From NCBI GenBank assembly GCA_902573085.1, contig CACGHY010000001.1, positions 46,726 to 110,725 of the forward strand: a stretch of DNA of 64,000 bases, written 5' to 3'. This DNA is from an uncultured Candidatus Poseidoniales archaeon (GTDB lineage: Archaea; Thermoplasmatota; Poseidoniia; Poseidoniales; Thalassarchaeaceae). The notes under the pieces were generated by a model. It was not told where the DNA came from. It saw nothing but the letters and a program-made list of their open reading frames with translations, and did not search any database. A program made the translations under genes and the position numbers. Shown in pieces: positions 51,820 through 60,018 of this stretch (positions are counted from its first letter, which is position 1; each line of letters opens with the position of its first letter).

Positions 51820-52639
51820 TTAATCATCGACCAATGCTCTTTTTCTCTCGTTGAGACTCTCCCTGTACCTCGCAGAGAAGAAAATCATTAATGGTATTAC
51901 TAGAACGAGGAAAAAGCAACCGACTAGGGCAGAGAAGCTGTATACAGTCTCTTGAACAGGATTAATTGTAAACTTCGACAGGGAAATAAGCTCGTGTGAG
52001 GAGAATTCGGATTCAACTAGCATTCCATCGCTAGAGCTAATTTCTCCATCGCTAACAACCTTAACCTTCCATGTGATTGTTTTTTCCGCAGTGGAAATCA
52101 GAAGATCTGCTTCTTCTTGGGCACTTTCGATGTTTTCACTCTCAAGGTAGCCCCTGCCCTTGATAGGCAATTCAAGAGATACACGCCCTCTTAGAGTCCC
52201 ACTTCCGTTAACCAAGTCCATTGTATGAGTTCTGCTATACTCACATGTATCTAGTATCTCGGAATAGTCAGAGCTTGGCTCATTGCAAACATAGCTCTGA
52301 TCGGTTAGACCTAGGTTTGGCGAATGGGACCAATTCGTGCCTTCTGCTTCTACGATTAGAGTTGAGTCGGGGGGGTGCATCATGTACGGTGAAATTTACC
52401 CAGGTTATGGCATCTGTTGTCGTAAAATACCATTGAGCCAGCCCATCTGATTCTTGGGTAAGATCCATCGATTTGTGCTCATTTGTCGTGTTGTACTCGT
52501 AGTACTCGGAATCGACGGTGTTAGAGTATACTGCATAAGACAGTAGTACGATCAGAGTCATACCCGTACCGATCATGGTACGTAGCATATTGGGATTCTT
52601 TGACAATGATTTCTTCACGTAACTCTGAAATGGCCCCAA
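51820..52639 (-). pseudogene. membrane-anchored protein split by a frameshift in a G7 (C7 on the coding strand) homopolymer at 52369..52375
   Basis: ORF 52639->52280 (N-terminal TM anchor ...WVNFTVHDAPP) and ORF 52383->51820 (MMHPPDS... with a C-terminal TM) overlap in different frames exactly at CACCCCCCCGAC. A 1-nt indel would fuse them into one protein of about 290 aa. Confidence 0.5.
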
Positions 52640-52743
52640 TTATTCAATGCTTGTTGTAATAAAACATCCAATCAGAAGCGGTAAAACCGTGTCATCACGG
52701 TTAAATACAGTCTGTGGGACGGGCGGAACGGACGAGTGAGGGT

Positions 52744-53214
52744 ATGACGACATATTATGACGTTCCAGCAGACATTCTAATTGCTAGTCTCTCTGAGAAG
52801 TTGAAATCATATGACAAGGTCTCTGCCCCCGAATGGGCTTCTCAGGTCAAGACCGGGACTCACAGAGAAAGGCCACCAGTACAGGAAGATTGGTGGCACA
52901 CTAGAGCGGCATCCGTGCTTAGGAAGGTGGCAATAAAGGGGCCAATAGGTACCAACAGAATCGCACAAGAGTTCGGGGGATCCAAGGATAGAGGGGTCAA
53001 GAAAAATAAGGCTGTGGCAGGTTCGAGGAACGTGGCTAGGAAGATTCTGCAGCAACTGTCTGAGTCGGGGTTGTTGGTCGAATCATTGAATACAGCTGGT
53101 AATGTAAATAGGGGTAAAGTTGTAAGTTCCGAGGGACAAGCACTTCTCGACGAAGTGGCGCACTCGGTAAGGCCCAAGGCAGAAGAAAGGTATCCCGGTT
53201 TGGAAAAATATTGA
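52744..53214 (+). CDS. rps19e: 30S ribosomal protein S19e
   Basis: MTTYYDVPADILIASLSEKLK... is the S19e consensus. Confidence 0.8.
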   Translation: MTTYYDVPADILIASLSEKLKSYDKVSAPEWASQVKTGTHRERPPVQEDWWHTRAASVLRKVAIKGPIGTNRIAQEFGGSKDRGVKKNKAVAGSRNVARKILQQLSESGLLVESLNTAGNVNRGKVVSSEGQALLDEVAHSVRPKAEERYPGLEKY

Positions 53215-53223
53215 GGCAATTTT

Positions 53224-53379
53224 ATGGCAAGAAACAAACCGTTCGCAAAGAAGAAGCGCTTGAATAAAGTGACAAAGCAGAATAAGCGTGTCCCGGTTTG
53301 GGTTGTAATGAGGACAAATCGGAAGACTAATTCACATCCTAAGAGACACATGTGGAGAAGATCCAAACTACAGAGGTGA
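53224..53379 (+). CDS. rpl39e: 50S ribosomal protein L39e
   Basis: [51 protein letters not shown] (51 aa, under the ORF-track cutoff) matches L39e. Confidence 0.8.
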   Translation: MARNKPFAKKKRLNKVTKQNKRVPVWVVMRTNRKTNSHPKRHMWRRSKLQR

Positions 53380-53383
53380 TTAG

Positions 53384-53647
53384 ATGGCAGAGGTTAAGGA
53401 AATCACAATCCCGCTTAGAGCGGCATGGAAGGTACCACGTACAAGCCGGGCAAAGAGGGCTATGGCCCAAGTGAAGATCCACGTTTCTAGACATATGAAG
53501 AGAGGGGATGACGAGGAAATTTGGATAGATGAGTCGGTCAATCATGCAATTTGGTCGAGGGGGATGCAGAACCCTCCAAGGAAGATCAGAGTAGTGTGTA
53601 CTCGTGAAGAGGGTTTTCCGTTAGAAGTTAAATTGTTGGAGGATTGA
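53384..53647 (+). CDS. rpl31e: 50S ribosomal protein L31e
   Basis: ...[20 protein letters not shown]... is the L31e consensus. Confidence 0.8.
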   Translation: MAEVKEITIPLRAAWKVPRTSRAKRAMAQVKIHVSRHMKRGDDEEIWIDESVNHAIWSRGMQNPPRKIRVVCTREEGFPLEVKLLED

Positions 53648-53648
53648 A

Positions 53649-53840
53649 ATGGGAAATATCAGGCCTTCTTTTATCAAAAGCAGAGCTTTGAGGCTCGTAG
53701 AGATGTATCCCGATCAATTTACAGAAGATTTCGACACGAACAAGCACCTAGTTTCTGAGTTCAGTGATGTAGGAAACAAAAGAATGAGAAATTGGATTGC
53801 GGGATATATCACTCGATATAAACAGCGTAGAGTCGATTAG
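53649..53840 (+). CDS. rps17e: 30S ribosomal protein S17e
   Basis: [38 protein letters not shown]...[10 protein letters not shown] matches the S17e Pfam pattern. Confidence 0.75.
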   Translation: MGNIRPSFIKSRALRLVEMYPDQFTEDFDTNKHLVSEFSDVGNKRMRNWIAGYITRYKQRRVD

Positions 53841-53858
53841 CGCATCACTCATCACCAG

Positions 53859-54629
53859 TTGCCCACTCGGATTATTATGGGAGACAGGAAAACTCAGAAT
53901 CTACCTACTTTCTCCCAAAACGTATGCGTCATACTAGTAAATCCTGAGCATGATGGTAACATCGGTGCAGTAGCACGTTCGATGCTAAATTTCGGAATAA
54001 ACGATCTCAGAGTTGTTGGTAGGGATGGAGATTGGTCCGAGGAAGCGAGAAGGAGAGCGAAGAATGCACAAGAAGTCCTTGATGGATCTAAAGTCGTTGA
54101 CACTTTTGAAGAGGGCGTGGCAGACTGCTCATTAGTCGTGGGGACTTCTGGGAAGAGAGAAGAGGGGGAAAGGACAGCGAATAGGCATTTCCTCCTACCC
54201 GAGGAGCTACCAGAGAGGCTTTCTGGGTTTGATGGTAGGGTGGCAATAGTATTCGGACCCGAAGGAAAGGGACTATTGAATGAGCAGTTGTCGATGTGTG
54301 ATCTGCTTGTAACTATACCCACATGGGAGGGTTATCCCATACTCAACCTAAGTCATGCTGTATCCATAATCTGCTATTCTTGGTACGTAAACTCTGATAC
54401 AAGTAACCCGCCAGGGACTGGAGGTAGGCTTCTTGATCCAAAATTGAGGATCAAACTGAGGTCTGAGGCTAAGAGGCTAGTAGAATCAATGCCAACTAAG
54501 GATCACAAGAGAAAGGGGATAGAAGAAACTCTTCTCAGAGTATTATTCAGGGGTCTTCCTAAGGATGATGAGATACACAGGATACTCGGCATCCTAATAC
54601 AGGCCGCCGACTCGTTTGAGCAAACTTGA
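53859..54629 (+). CDS. SPOUT (SpoU/TrmH/TrmJ-family) RNA 2'-O-methyltransferase
   Basis: ...VILVNPEHDGNIGAVARSMLNFG..., ...IVFGPEGKGL..., ...NLSHAVSII... are SpoU motifs. Confidence 0.7.
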   Translation: MPTRIIMGDRKTQNLPTFSQNVCVILVNPEHDGNIGAVARSMLNFGINDLRVVGRDGDWSEEARRRAKNAQEVLDGSKVVDTFEEGVADCSLVVGTSGKREEGERTANRHFLLPEELPERLSGFDGRVAIVFGPEGKGLLNEQLSMCDLLVTIPTWEGYPILNLSHAVSIICYSWYVNSDTSNPPGTGGRLLDPKLRIKLRSEAKRLVESMPTKDHKRKGIEETLLRVLFRGLPKDDEIHRILGILIQAADSFEQT

Positions 54630-54653
54630 TTCCGAGTGCCTCCCTTTGAGATA

Positions 54654-55109
54654 CTACTCGTTGAACCAGCTTGCCCATGATTTGGGAGTCTCCCTAACAT
54701 GAAATGCCCTTAGAATTAGAGAATTCCCGTAGGATGATGAGATATGGGGCTCTACCTGTTCAAATGCCCACTTTGCAAGGTTCTCCGCTGTAGGAATGAA
54801 GGGGAGAATCACGGTTCGATGCCCAGTCTCCATCATCCCGAGAGCGTCGAGGGCTACTTTGTCATCCTCGAACACCATGAAGGCATGATCCACTACATCG
54901 TGGATATGTGTATTTAGAATCTCAGAAACCTCTGAGAAGTCAATTAGCATTCCCTCTTCTGATACTCCTCTCTTTGTCACAACATCCCCTTCCAACTCTG
55001 CCTCCCACCTATATCTATGACCGTGCATATGCCTGCATTTGCTACTATGATTTGGTACTCTGTGGCCAGTATCTGTCTCGACCCATCTTCGTATTCTATT
55101 CGGCATCAT
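54654..55109 (-). CDS. queD: 6-carboxy-5,6,7,8-tetrahydropterin synthase QueD
   Basis: CxxxHGH motif (SKCRHMHGHRY) and the PTPS fold pattern. Confidence 0.75.
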   Translation of the reverse strand: MMPNRIRRWVETDTGHRVPNHSSKCRHMHGHRYRWEAELEGDVVTKRGVSEEGMLIDFSEVSEILNTHIHDVVDHAFMVFEDDKVALDALGMMETGHRTVILPFIPTAENLAKWAFEQVEPHISSSYGNSLILRAFHVRETPKSWASWFNE

Positions 55110-55521
55110 CTACCTCCATCTCGAAGTCTATACTTGCTGAGTTAATGCAGTATCTCTCGCCACCGAATTCAATAGGTCCGTCATCGAAAACATGGCCAAG
55201 ATGAGCATCACATGAGCCGCATCTTACTTCTATTCTCAACATTCCGTGTGAGGTGTCTCGTATCCTTTTAATTCCGGCATTTTTATCCTCTGTGTGAAAT
55301 GCTGGCCATCCACACCCAGAGTCAAACTTCATCTGAGAGGTAAACAGTAAATGTCCGCAGCAAATGCACAGATAGTCCCCCTTTCTGTTCTCCATGTAGT
55401 GAATTCCTGAATTGGGTGGCTCTGTACCCGCCTCCCTAGTAACGTGATATTGCAGATCTGTGAGCCTTTCTCTCCATTCTGAATCCCTATCTGGGTCGAA
55501 TCTTGGAAGGTCGTCACTCAT
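55096..55521 (-). CDS. msrB: peptide-methionine (R)-S-oxide reductase MsrB
   Basis: Two CxxC pairs (CICCGHLLF ... CGSCDAHLGHVFDDGP) and the catalytic RIEVRC. Confidence 0.8.
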   Translation of the reverse strand: MSDDLPRFDPDRDSEWRERLTDLQYHVTREAGTEPPNSGIHYMENRKGDYLCICCGHLLFTSQMKFDSGCGWPAFHTEDKNAGIKRIRDTSHGMLRIEVRCGSCDAHLGHVFDDGPIEFGGERYCINSASIDFEMEVDDAE

Positions 55522-56312
55522 CTCAACCCCTCCTGTCTCTCCTTATCCAATGCATAGTTCAAAACTGAGTCCCAATCGTATACATACTTCAGCGGATCAA
55601 TTCTTCCTATAGCGTGGAATGCTAGTATTCTTTCAACATCAGCACCGGATCTTCCGGAGCTCTTACCATTTGAGTCTGGATTGTACGATGTGTTAGTGTT
55701 GGAGAAGACAGTGTCGAAATCTAACCCTAGTGAAGTACAGGAAACCAAAGCGTCCTGAAGAATAATCGTCTTGTCAAAAGAGATGTATGGGAGATGGAAA
55801 GAAACGCGGTCGCTATCCCAGTTTCCAATAGAGAATGCCCTCTCCAGTGCCTGGTAGAACTCGGGTCTGCAGTCAGGATATATTTCGTGATCTCCACTAT
55901 GCACACCTAGGGCAATCCTAACTTGGCAGTTCTCAGAAATAGCAATACTTAGAGCCCGAGCGTATAGTATCGATGAAAAAATAGCATTCCTATTGGGGAC
56001 TACTGTCTGCCTCATCTGCTCAGATTCATAATGCCCCTCTGGGACAACAATGTCTTCGCTAGTCAGTGCGGAATGTAGAGACTGCATCGCAGAGCTAAGA
56101 TTTACAACAAAGTGCTTGACATTATAACCATTCTCTCTCAGATAACTTATGTTGTCTCTAGCTCGATCTATCTCAATGAGATGCTTCTGTCCGTAGTCAT
56201 AGGAAATGCAAGTGATATCATCTCCCTCTGCAATCATCTTCAATAGAAGAGCTGTGCTGTCCATGCCACCGGACAACGACATTACCGACCTGTTCATAGT
56301 ACTCCCATCCAC
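55518..56312 (-). CDS. queC: 7-cyano-7-deazaguanine synthase QueC
   Basis: PP-loop SLSGGMDST and a C-terminal Zn-binding Cys cluster. Confidence 0.8.
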   Translation of the reverse strand: MDGSTMNRSVMSLSGGMDSTALLLKMIAEGDDITCISYDYGQKHLIEIDRARDNISYLRENGYNVKHFVVNLSSAMQSLHSALTSEDIVVPEGHYESEQMRQTVVPNRNAIFSSILYARALSIAISENCQVRIALGVHSGDHEIYPDCRPEFYQALERAFSIGNWDSDRVSFHLPYISFDKTIILQDALVSCTSLGLDFDTVFSNTNTSYNPDSNGKSSGRSGADVERILAFHAIGRIDPLKYVYDWDSVLNYALDKERQEGLR

Positions 56313-56890
56313 TTATGTGTCTGGAGGCTCAATCGCCAACCTGGACTATCCTTTACCAGTCGTTCTACTATCTGGAAACTCTTGCCATTTGCCGCAACTG
56401 ATTCATCCTCGACATAGCAAGGCTGGATATAGAGATGGGTGAAGCCTGTCTTCAACTCATCATACAAAGCCAAGTCTTGCCCGCAATATACTACTTTCAG
56501 CTCATCACCAGTTCTCTGCTTTATTGATACGTTAGGATATAATTGATCCTTGGGACTAACACATATCCAGTCGACGATAGGGTCTACCGGAATTGTCCCA
56601 TTGGTCTCAATTGAGATGCTGAGCCCGTGTTCTTTCAACCTCTTACCAATTACTGAAAGATCCTGCATCGCAGGCTCACCACCAGTGAATATTACTCTAT
56701 TGCAGTCGTAGCTCAGTACCTCTTCGATAATAGAATCGATGTCCATATCTTCGAAGGTCATGAAATCGGTATCGCACCACTCACATCTAAGATTGCAATT
56801 TCCAAATCTTATGAAGACATGCGGAATGCCCGTATGAAAACCCTCTCCTTGAACAGAGTGGAAAATCTCAACGATTGGATATTTTTTCAG
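56294..56890 (-). CDS. queE: 7-carboxy-7-deazaguanine synthase QueE (radical SAM); N-terminus lacks a canonical start codon
   Basis: The ORF track begins at an internal Met (56761). The reading frame continues upstream through the essential ...VEIFHSVQGEGFHTGIPHVFIRFGNCNLRCEWCDTDF (CxxxCxxC) with no ATG/GTG/TTG. The only codons between the folE stop and this motif are TAT CTG AAA AAA TAT. Confidence 0.6.
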   Translation of the reverse strand: MKKYPIVEIFHSVQGEGFHTGIPHVFIRFGNCNLRCEWCDTDFMTFEDMDIDSIIEEVLSYDCNRVIFTGGEPAMQDLSVIGKRLKEHGLSISIETNGTIPVDPIVDWICVSPKDQLYPNVSIKQRTGDELKVVYCGQDLALYDELKTGFTHLYIQPCYVEDESVAANGKSFQIVERLVKDSPGWRLSLQTHKWMGVL

Positions 56891-56894
56891 ATAA

Positions 56895-57482
56895 TCACCC
56901 GCTCAAATTTCCGCTTCTGATAAGTTGTAATACCTCTGTTCTAGCCTCCTGTCTATCGAAGAAGACGCCTCGCATAGCGCTAGTAGTCATAATTGAATTC
57001 TGCTTCCTAACTCCTCTGCACTTCATGCATCCATGTTGGGCCTCCAGAATAACAGCGCAGCCAAGAGGACTGAGATTCTCAACAATATCATCCGCTACAG
57101 ATTGCGTAATTCGCTCTTGGTTCTGAAGTCTTTTAGAATGCATATCAAGAAGTCTAGCTAGCTTGCTAATGCCCACTATTCTATCCACTGGAATGTATGC
57201 GATATGGCCCTTACCAGAAAATGGTTGAAGATGATGCTCACAGGTACTGTGAAACTCCATATCCCTTAGCAAGACTATCCCATCGTAGCCTTCCGCATTA
57301 AACGTAGAGTCCAGAATTTTACTGGCATCGTCTGAGTATCCACTGAATATCTCATCGTATGACTGGACCACTCTTTCGGGCGTATTCTCAAGTCCTTCCC
57401 TCAGATCTGATCCACACTGTTCTATGTAGCGAACGATAGTCTCAATTGCTTCCATCGCCTTTTCTTTATCGGGTAATTTCAC
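56895..57482 (-). CDS. folE: GTP cyclohydrolase I FolE
   Basis: ...FHSTCEHHLQPF... and ...HGCMKCRG... are FolE Zn-site motifs. Confidence 0.8.
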   Translation of the reverse strand: MKLPDKEKAMEAIETIVRYIEQCGSDLREGLENTPERVVQSYDEIFSGYSDDASKILDSTFNAEGYDGIVLLRDMEFHSTCEHHLQPFSGKGHIAYIPVDRIVGISKLARLLDMHSKRLQNQERITQSVADDIVENLSPLGCAVILEAQHGCMKCRGVRKQNSIMTTSAMRGVFFDRQEARTEVLQLIRSGNLSG

Positions 57483-57486
57483 TCAT

Positions 57487-57648
57487 TCACCTCCCGTGTC
57501 TTGAGTCAATTTCGTCCAACTGATCCAACATCTTCCTACATGCAGTTCTAATCGCGTCGGCTAAACTGACGAATTTCTTTGAGTCTCCGACATGATTCTT
57601 CAGATCAGAAACAATCTCGCTGGGCATGTCTAGACTGATTTTCGGCAT
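57487..57648 (-). CDS. ribbon-helix-helix (CopG-like) small DNA-binding protein
   Basis: MPKISLDMPSEIVSDLKNHVGDSKKFVSLADAIRTACRKMLDQLDEIDSRHGR (53 aa) has a beta-strand then two helices, typical of RHH. Sits 5 nt upstream of folE. Confidence 0.4.
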   Translation of the reverse strand: MPKISLDMPSEIVSDLKNHVGDSKKFVSLADAIRTACRKMLDQLDEIDSRHGR

Positions 57649-57700
57649 GTTTGTTCGGAAAAAGGTCTAGATATAATATTACTTGAGTATTACCAGAGTA

Positions 57701-58003
57701 TTATTTCCGTAGATTCTCGACCTTCTCATCTAAGCCTGGGTATTTCTCCTCGAGTAAGTGAGCCCTTGTTTTGAGGGCCTCTAATTGGGAGAAAGCCTCA
57801 TTTTCAGTAATTCCTTGTGAGATTAGATTCAATAGAAGTGATAATCCACCCTGAATTGTTCCAGCGTCTAGGAAAGCGTCATTGGATATTTGGCTTGTTC
57901 CTCTAAGAACTTCAAGAGAATCTCTGACAAAATCTCTCTGTTTCTCGATCATTCCTAAAGAAGAGTTTCCTAGTGATTCTATCCTGTCTAGAGTGCTAAT
58001 CAT
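57701..58003 (-). CDS. hypothetical helical protein
   Basis: 100 aa with no motif. Co-directional with the RHH-folE-que cluster. Confidence 0.3.
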   Translation of the reverse strand: MISTLDRIESLGNSSLGMIEKQRDFVRDSLEVLRGTSQISNDAFLDAGTIQGGLSLLLNLISQGITENEAFSQLEALKTRAHLLEEKYPGLDEKVENLRK

Positions 58004-58037
58004 GGCAATCCGAGATAGATTTGCTTTTTGATGATTC

Positions 58038-58445
58038 TCACTTGTTCGATTCGACGAGTTCTATCAAAACTCCACCTGCCGAAGAGGGATGGACAAAGGC
58101 AATTCTATGGCCATCTGCGCCGAGGGTTGGTTGTTCAGAGACCATTTTCACCCCAGCGCTGAGCAAACTCGATATTGCCCCTTCTATATCTGCTACTCTA
58201 ACTGCGATTTGCTGGACTCCTGGTCCATTCTTGGAAATAAACTTCCCGACGGGAGTATCATCCCCTAATGGTTCTAATAATTCGATTCTTGGGGAAGTTT
58301 TTCCATGCATAAATCTGATTTTAACGCCATGTTCAGAATTTATCTGATCATCCCCCTGTGTGAATCCCAAGATAGTCCAGAGTCGTTGGGACTCGTCGAG
58401 TGAGGAAGTTGCAATTCCTATATGGTCAATCGTTCCGTCTGTCAT
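58038..58445 (-). CDS. mce: methylmalonyl-CoA epimerase (VOC/glyoxalase family)
   Basis: ...IDHIGIATSSLDES..., ...GGVLIELVE... match the MCE pattern. Its start abuts the mutase stop. Confidence 0.7.
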   Translation of the reverse strand: MTDGTIDHIGIATSSLDESQRLWTILGFTQGDDQINSEHGVKIRFMHGKTSPRIELLEPLGDDTPVGKFISKNGPGVQQIAVRVADIEGAISSLLSAGVKMVSEQPTLGADGHRIAFVHPSSAGGVLIELVESNK

Positions 58446-59978
58446 TCAAACACCACTAGGCGATACCCACGTTCCAAATTCTTCTCTGAGTACTGAGTTA
58501 ATCTCTCCAACTGTAGTTTCGGCCTTCACAGCACAGATTATTGGATCCATTAGATTTGAGCCGCTTCTACAGCTTTCTCTAATTGACTGCAGAGAATCGT
58601 CAACTATTGATTGGTCCCTATTTTTCTTCATTTCAGACAATTCGGAAATCTTTCGTAGTTCTGCATCTGTATCGAGGACCAATCCCTCAAAATCTAGATC
58701 ATCTTCATTAACATGAGAATTGACGCCAACAACGAGTTCGTCGCCATTCTCTACCCTTTGTAAATGAGTCCAAGCGCTTTCATGAATGGCCTTTTGTTGG
58801 AAGCCTGATTTTACACATTCCATTGCGCCCCCGAGAGACTCTATTTCGTTAATCATATTTCTTGAATCCTCGATCAGCGAATCTGTCATAGTCTCAATCA
58901 CTATAGAACCGCCAAGAGGGTCTGCATGTTCCCTGATTCCGGTCTCTTCAGCGATAATCTGCTGTGTTCGCAGGGCTATTCTAGCAGATTCTTCGGTAGG
59001 TAAACCAAGTGCTTCGTCGAAACTGTTAGTGTGCAGTGATTGAGTTCCTCCGAATACAGATGCCAGTGCCTGATATGATACTCTAATTGCGTTGTTCATA
59101 GGCTGTTGTGCCGTGAGTGTAACTCCTGACGTTTGGGTATGAAATCTAAGCTGGGATGACTTAGGATTGGATGGTGAGAATTCGTTTTCGACCATCTCGT
59201 ACCAAAGCTGTCTGGCCGCCCTAAATTTGCTTACCTCCTCTAGGAAGTTGTTATGACATGCGAAGAAGAAGGAGATTCTTGGTGCAAAATCGTCCACATC
59301 CATCCCTTTATTGATTGCCTCTCTGACATAGTAAATTGCGTTTGATAATGTCATGGCAATTTCCTGAACGGCCGTACATCCTGCTTCTCGCATATGATAT
59401 CCGCTAATTGAAATTGTATTCCACCTAGGGGCATTTGAGGCGCACCATGAAATTAAGTCCGTGGTCAATCGTATGGATGGATCAGGTGGGAAAATGTACA
59501 AACCCCTAGAAATATATTCTTTTAGGATATCATTCTGAACTGTTCCAGTAAGATCAGAGCTTGGAATACCCTTCTCTTCTGCCACTGATATGTACAGGGC
59601 GAGCAGCGTAGCTGCTGGAGCATTTATTGTCATGGAGGTGGATATTGAAGACATTTCTATGTCTTCGAATAGCTGTCTCATGTCGTGAATTGAGTCTATT
59701 GCGACCCCTACTTTACCAACTTCCCCTATGGAAAGTGGGTCATCGGAGTCCAAGCCTAATTGCGTAGGTAAATCAAATGCTACTGATAGCCCTGTTTGTC
59801 CATTTTCTAGGAGTCTTTTAAATCGAGAATTAGTTTCATTTGGTGACGAAAAACCTGCATACTGCCTCATTGTCCATAATCTATCTGCGTACATTCCAGG
59901 ATGGATTCCCCTCCTATACGGCGGATCTCCTGAAGAGCCCGGATCGGAGGCGTGATCCGAAGCGTCGAATGTTGCCAT
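58446..59978 (-). CDS. mcmA: methylmalonyl-CoA mutase, catalytic (N-terminal/large) subunit
   Basis: ...RQYAGFSSPNETNSRFKRLLENGQTGLSVAFDLPTQLG... is the MCM catalytic-domain signature. Confidence 0.8.
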   Translation of the reverse strand: MATFDASDHASDPGSSGDPPYRRGIHPGMYADRLWTMRQYAGFSSPNETNSRFKRLLENGQTGLSVAFDLPTQLGLDSDDPLSIGEVGKVGVAIDSIHDMRQLFEDIEMSSISTSMTINAPAATLLALYISVAEEKGIPSSDLTGTVQNDILKEYISRGLYIFPPDPSIRLTTDLISWCASNAPRWNTISISGYHMREAGCTAVQEIAMTLSNAIYYVREAINKGMDVDDFAPRISFFFACHNNFLEEVSKFRAARQLWYEMVENEFSPSNPKSSQLRFHTQTSGVTLTAQQPMNNAIRVSYQALASVFGGTQSLHTNSFDEALGLPTEESARIALRTQQIIAEETGIREHADPLGGSIVIETMTDSLIEDSRNMINEIESLGGAMECVKSGFQQKAIHESAWTHLQRVENGDELVVGVNSHVNEDDLDFEGLVLDTDAELRKISELSEMKKNRDQSIVDDSLQSIRESCRSGSNLMDPIICAVKAETTVGEINSVLREEFGTWVSPSGV

Positions 59979-60018
59979 GATTCTGCCAAGTGGTTACATC
60001 CCAAGAACCATTCTCAGG

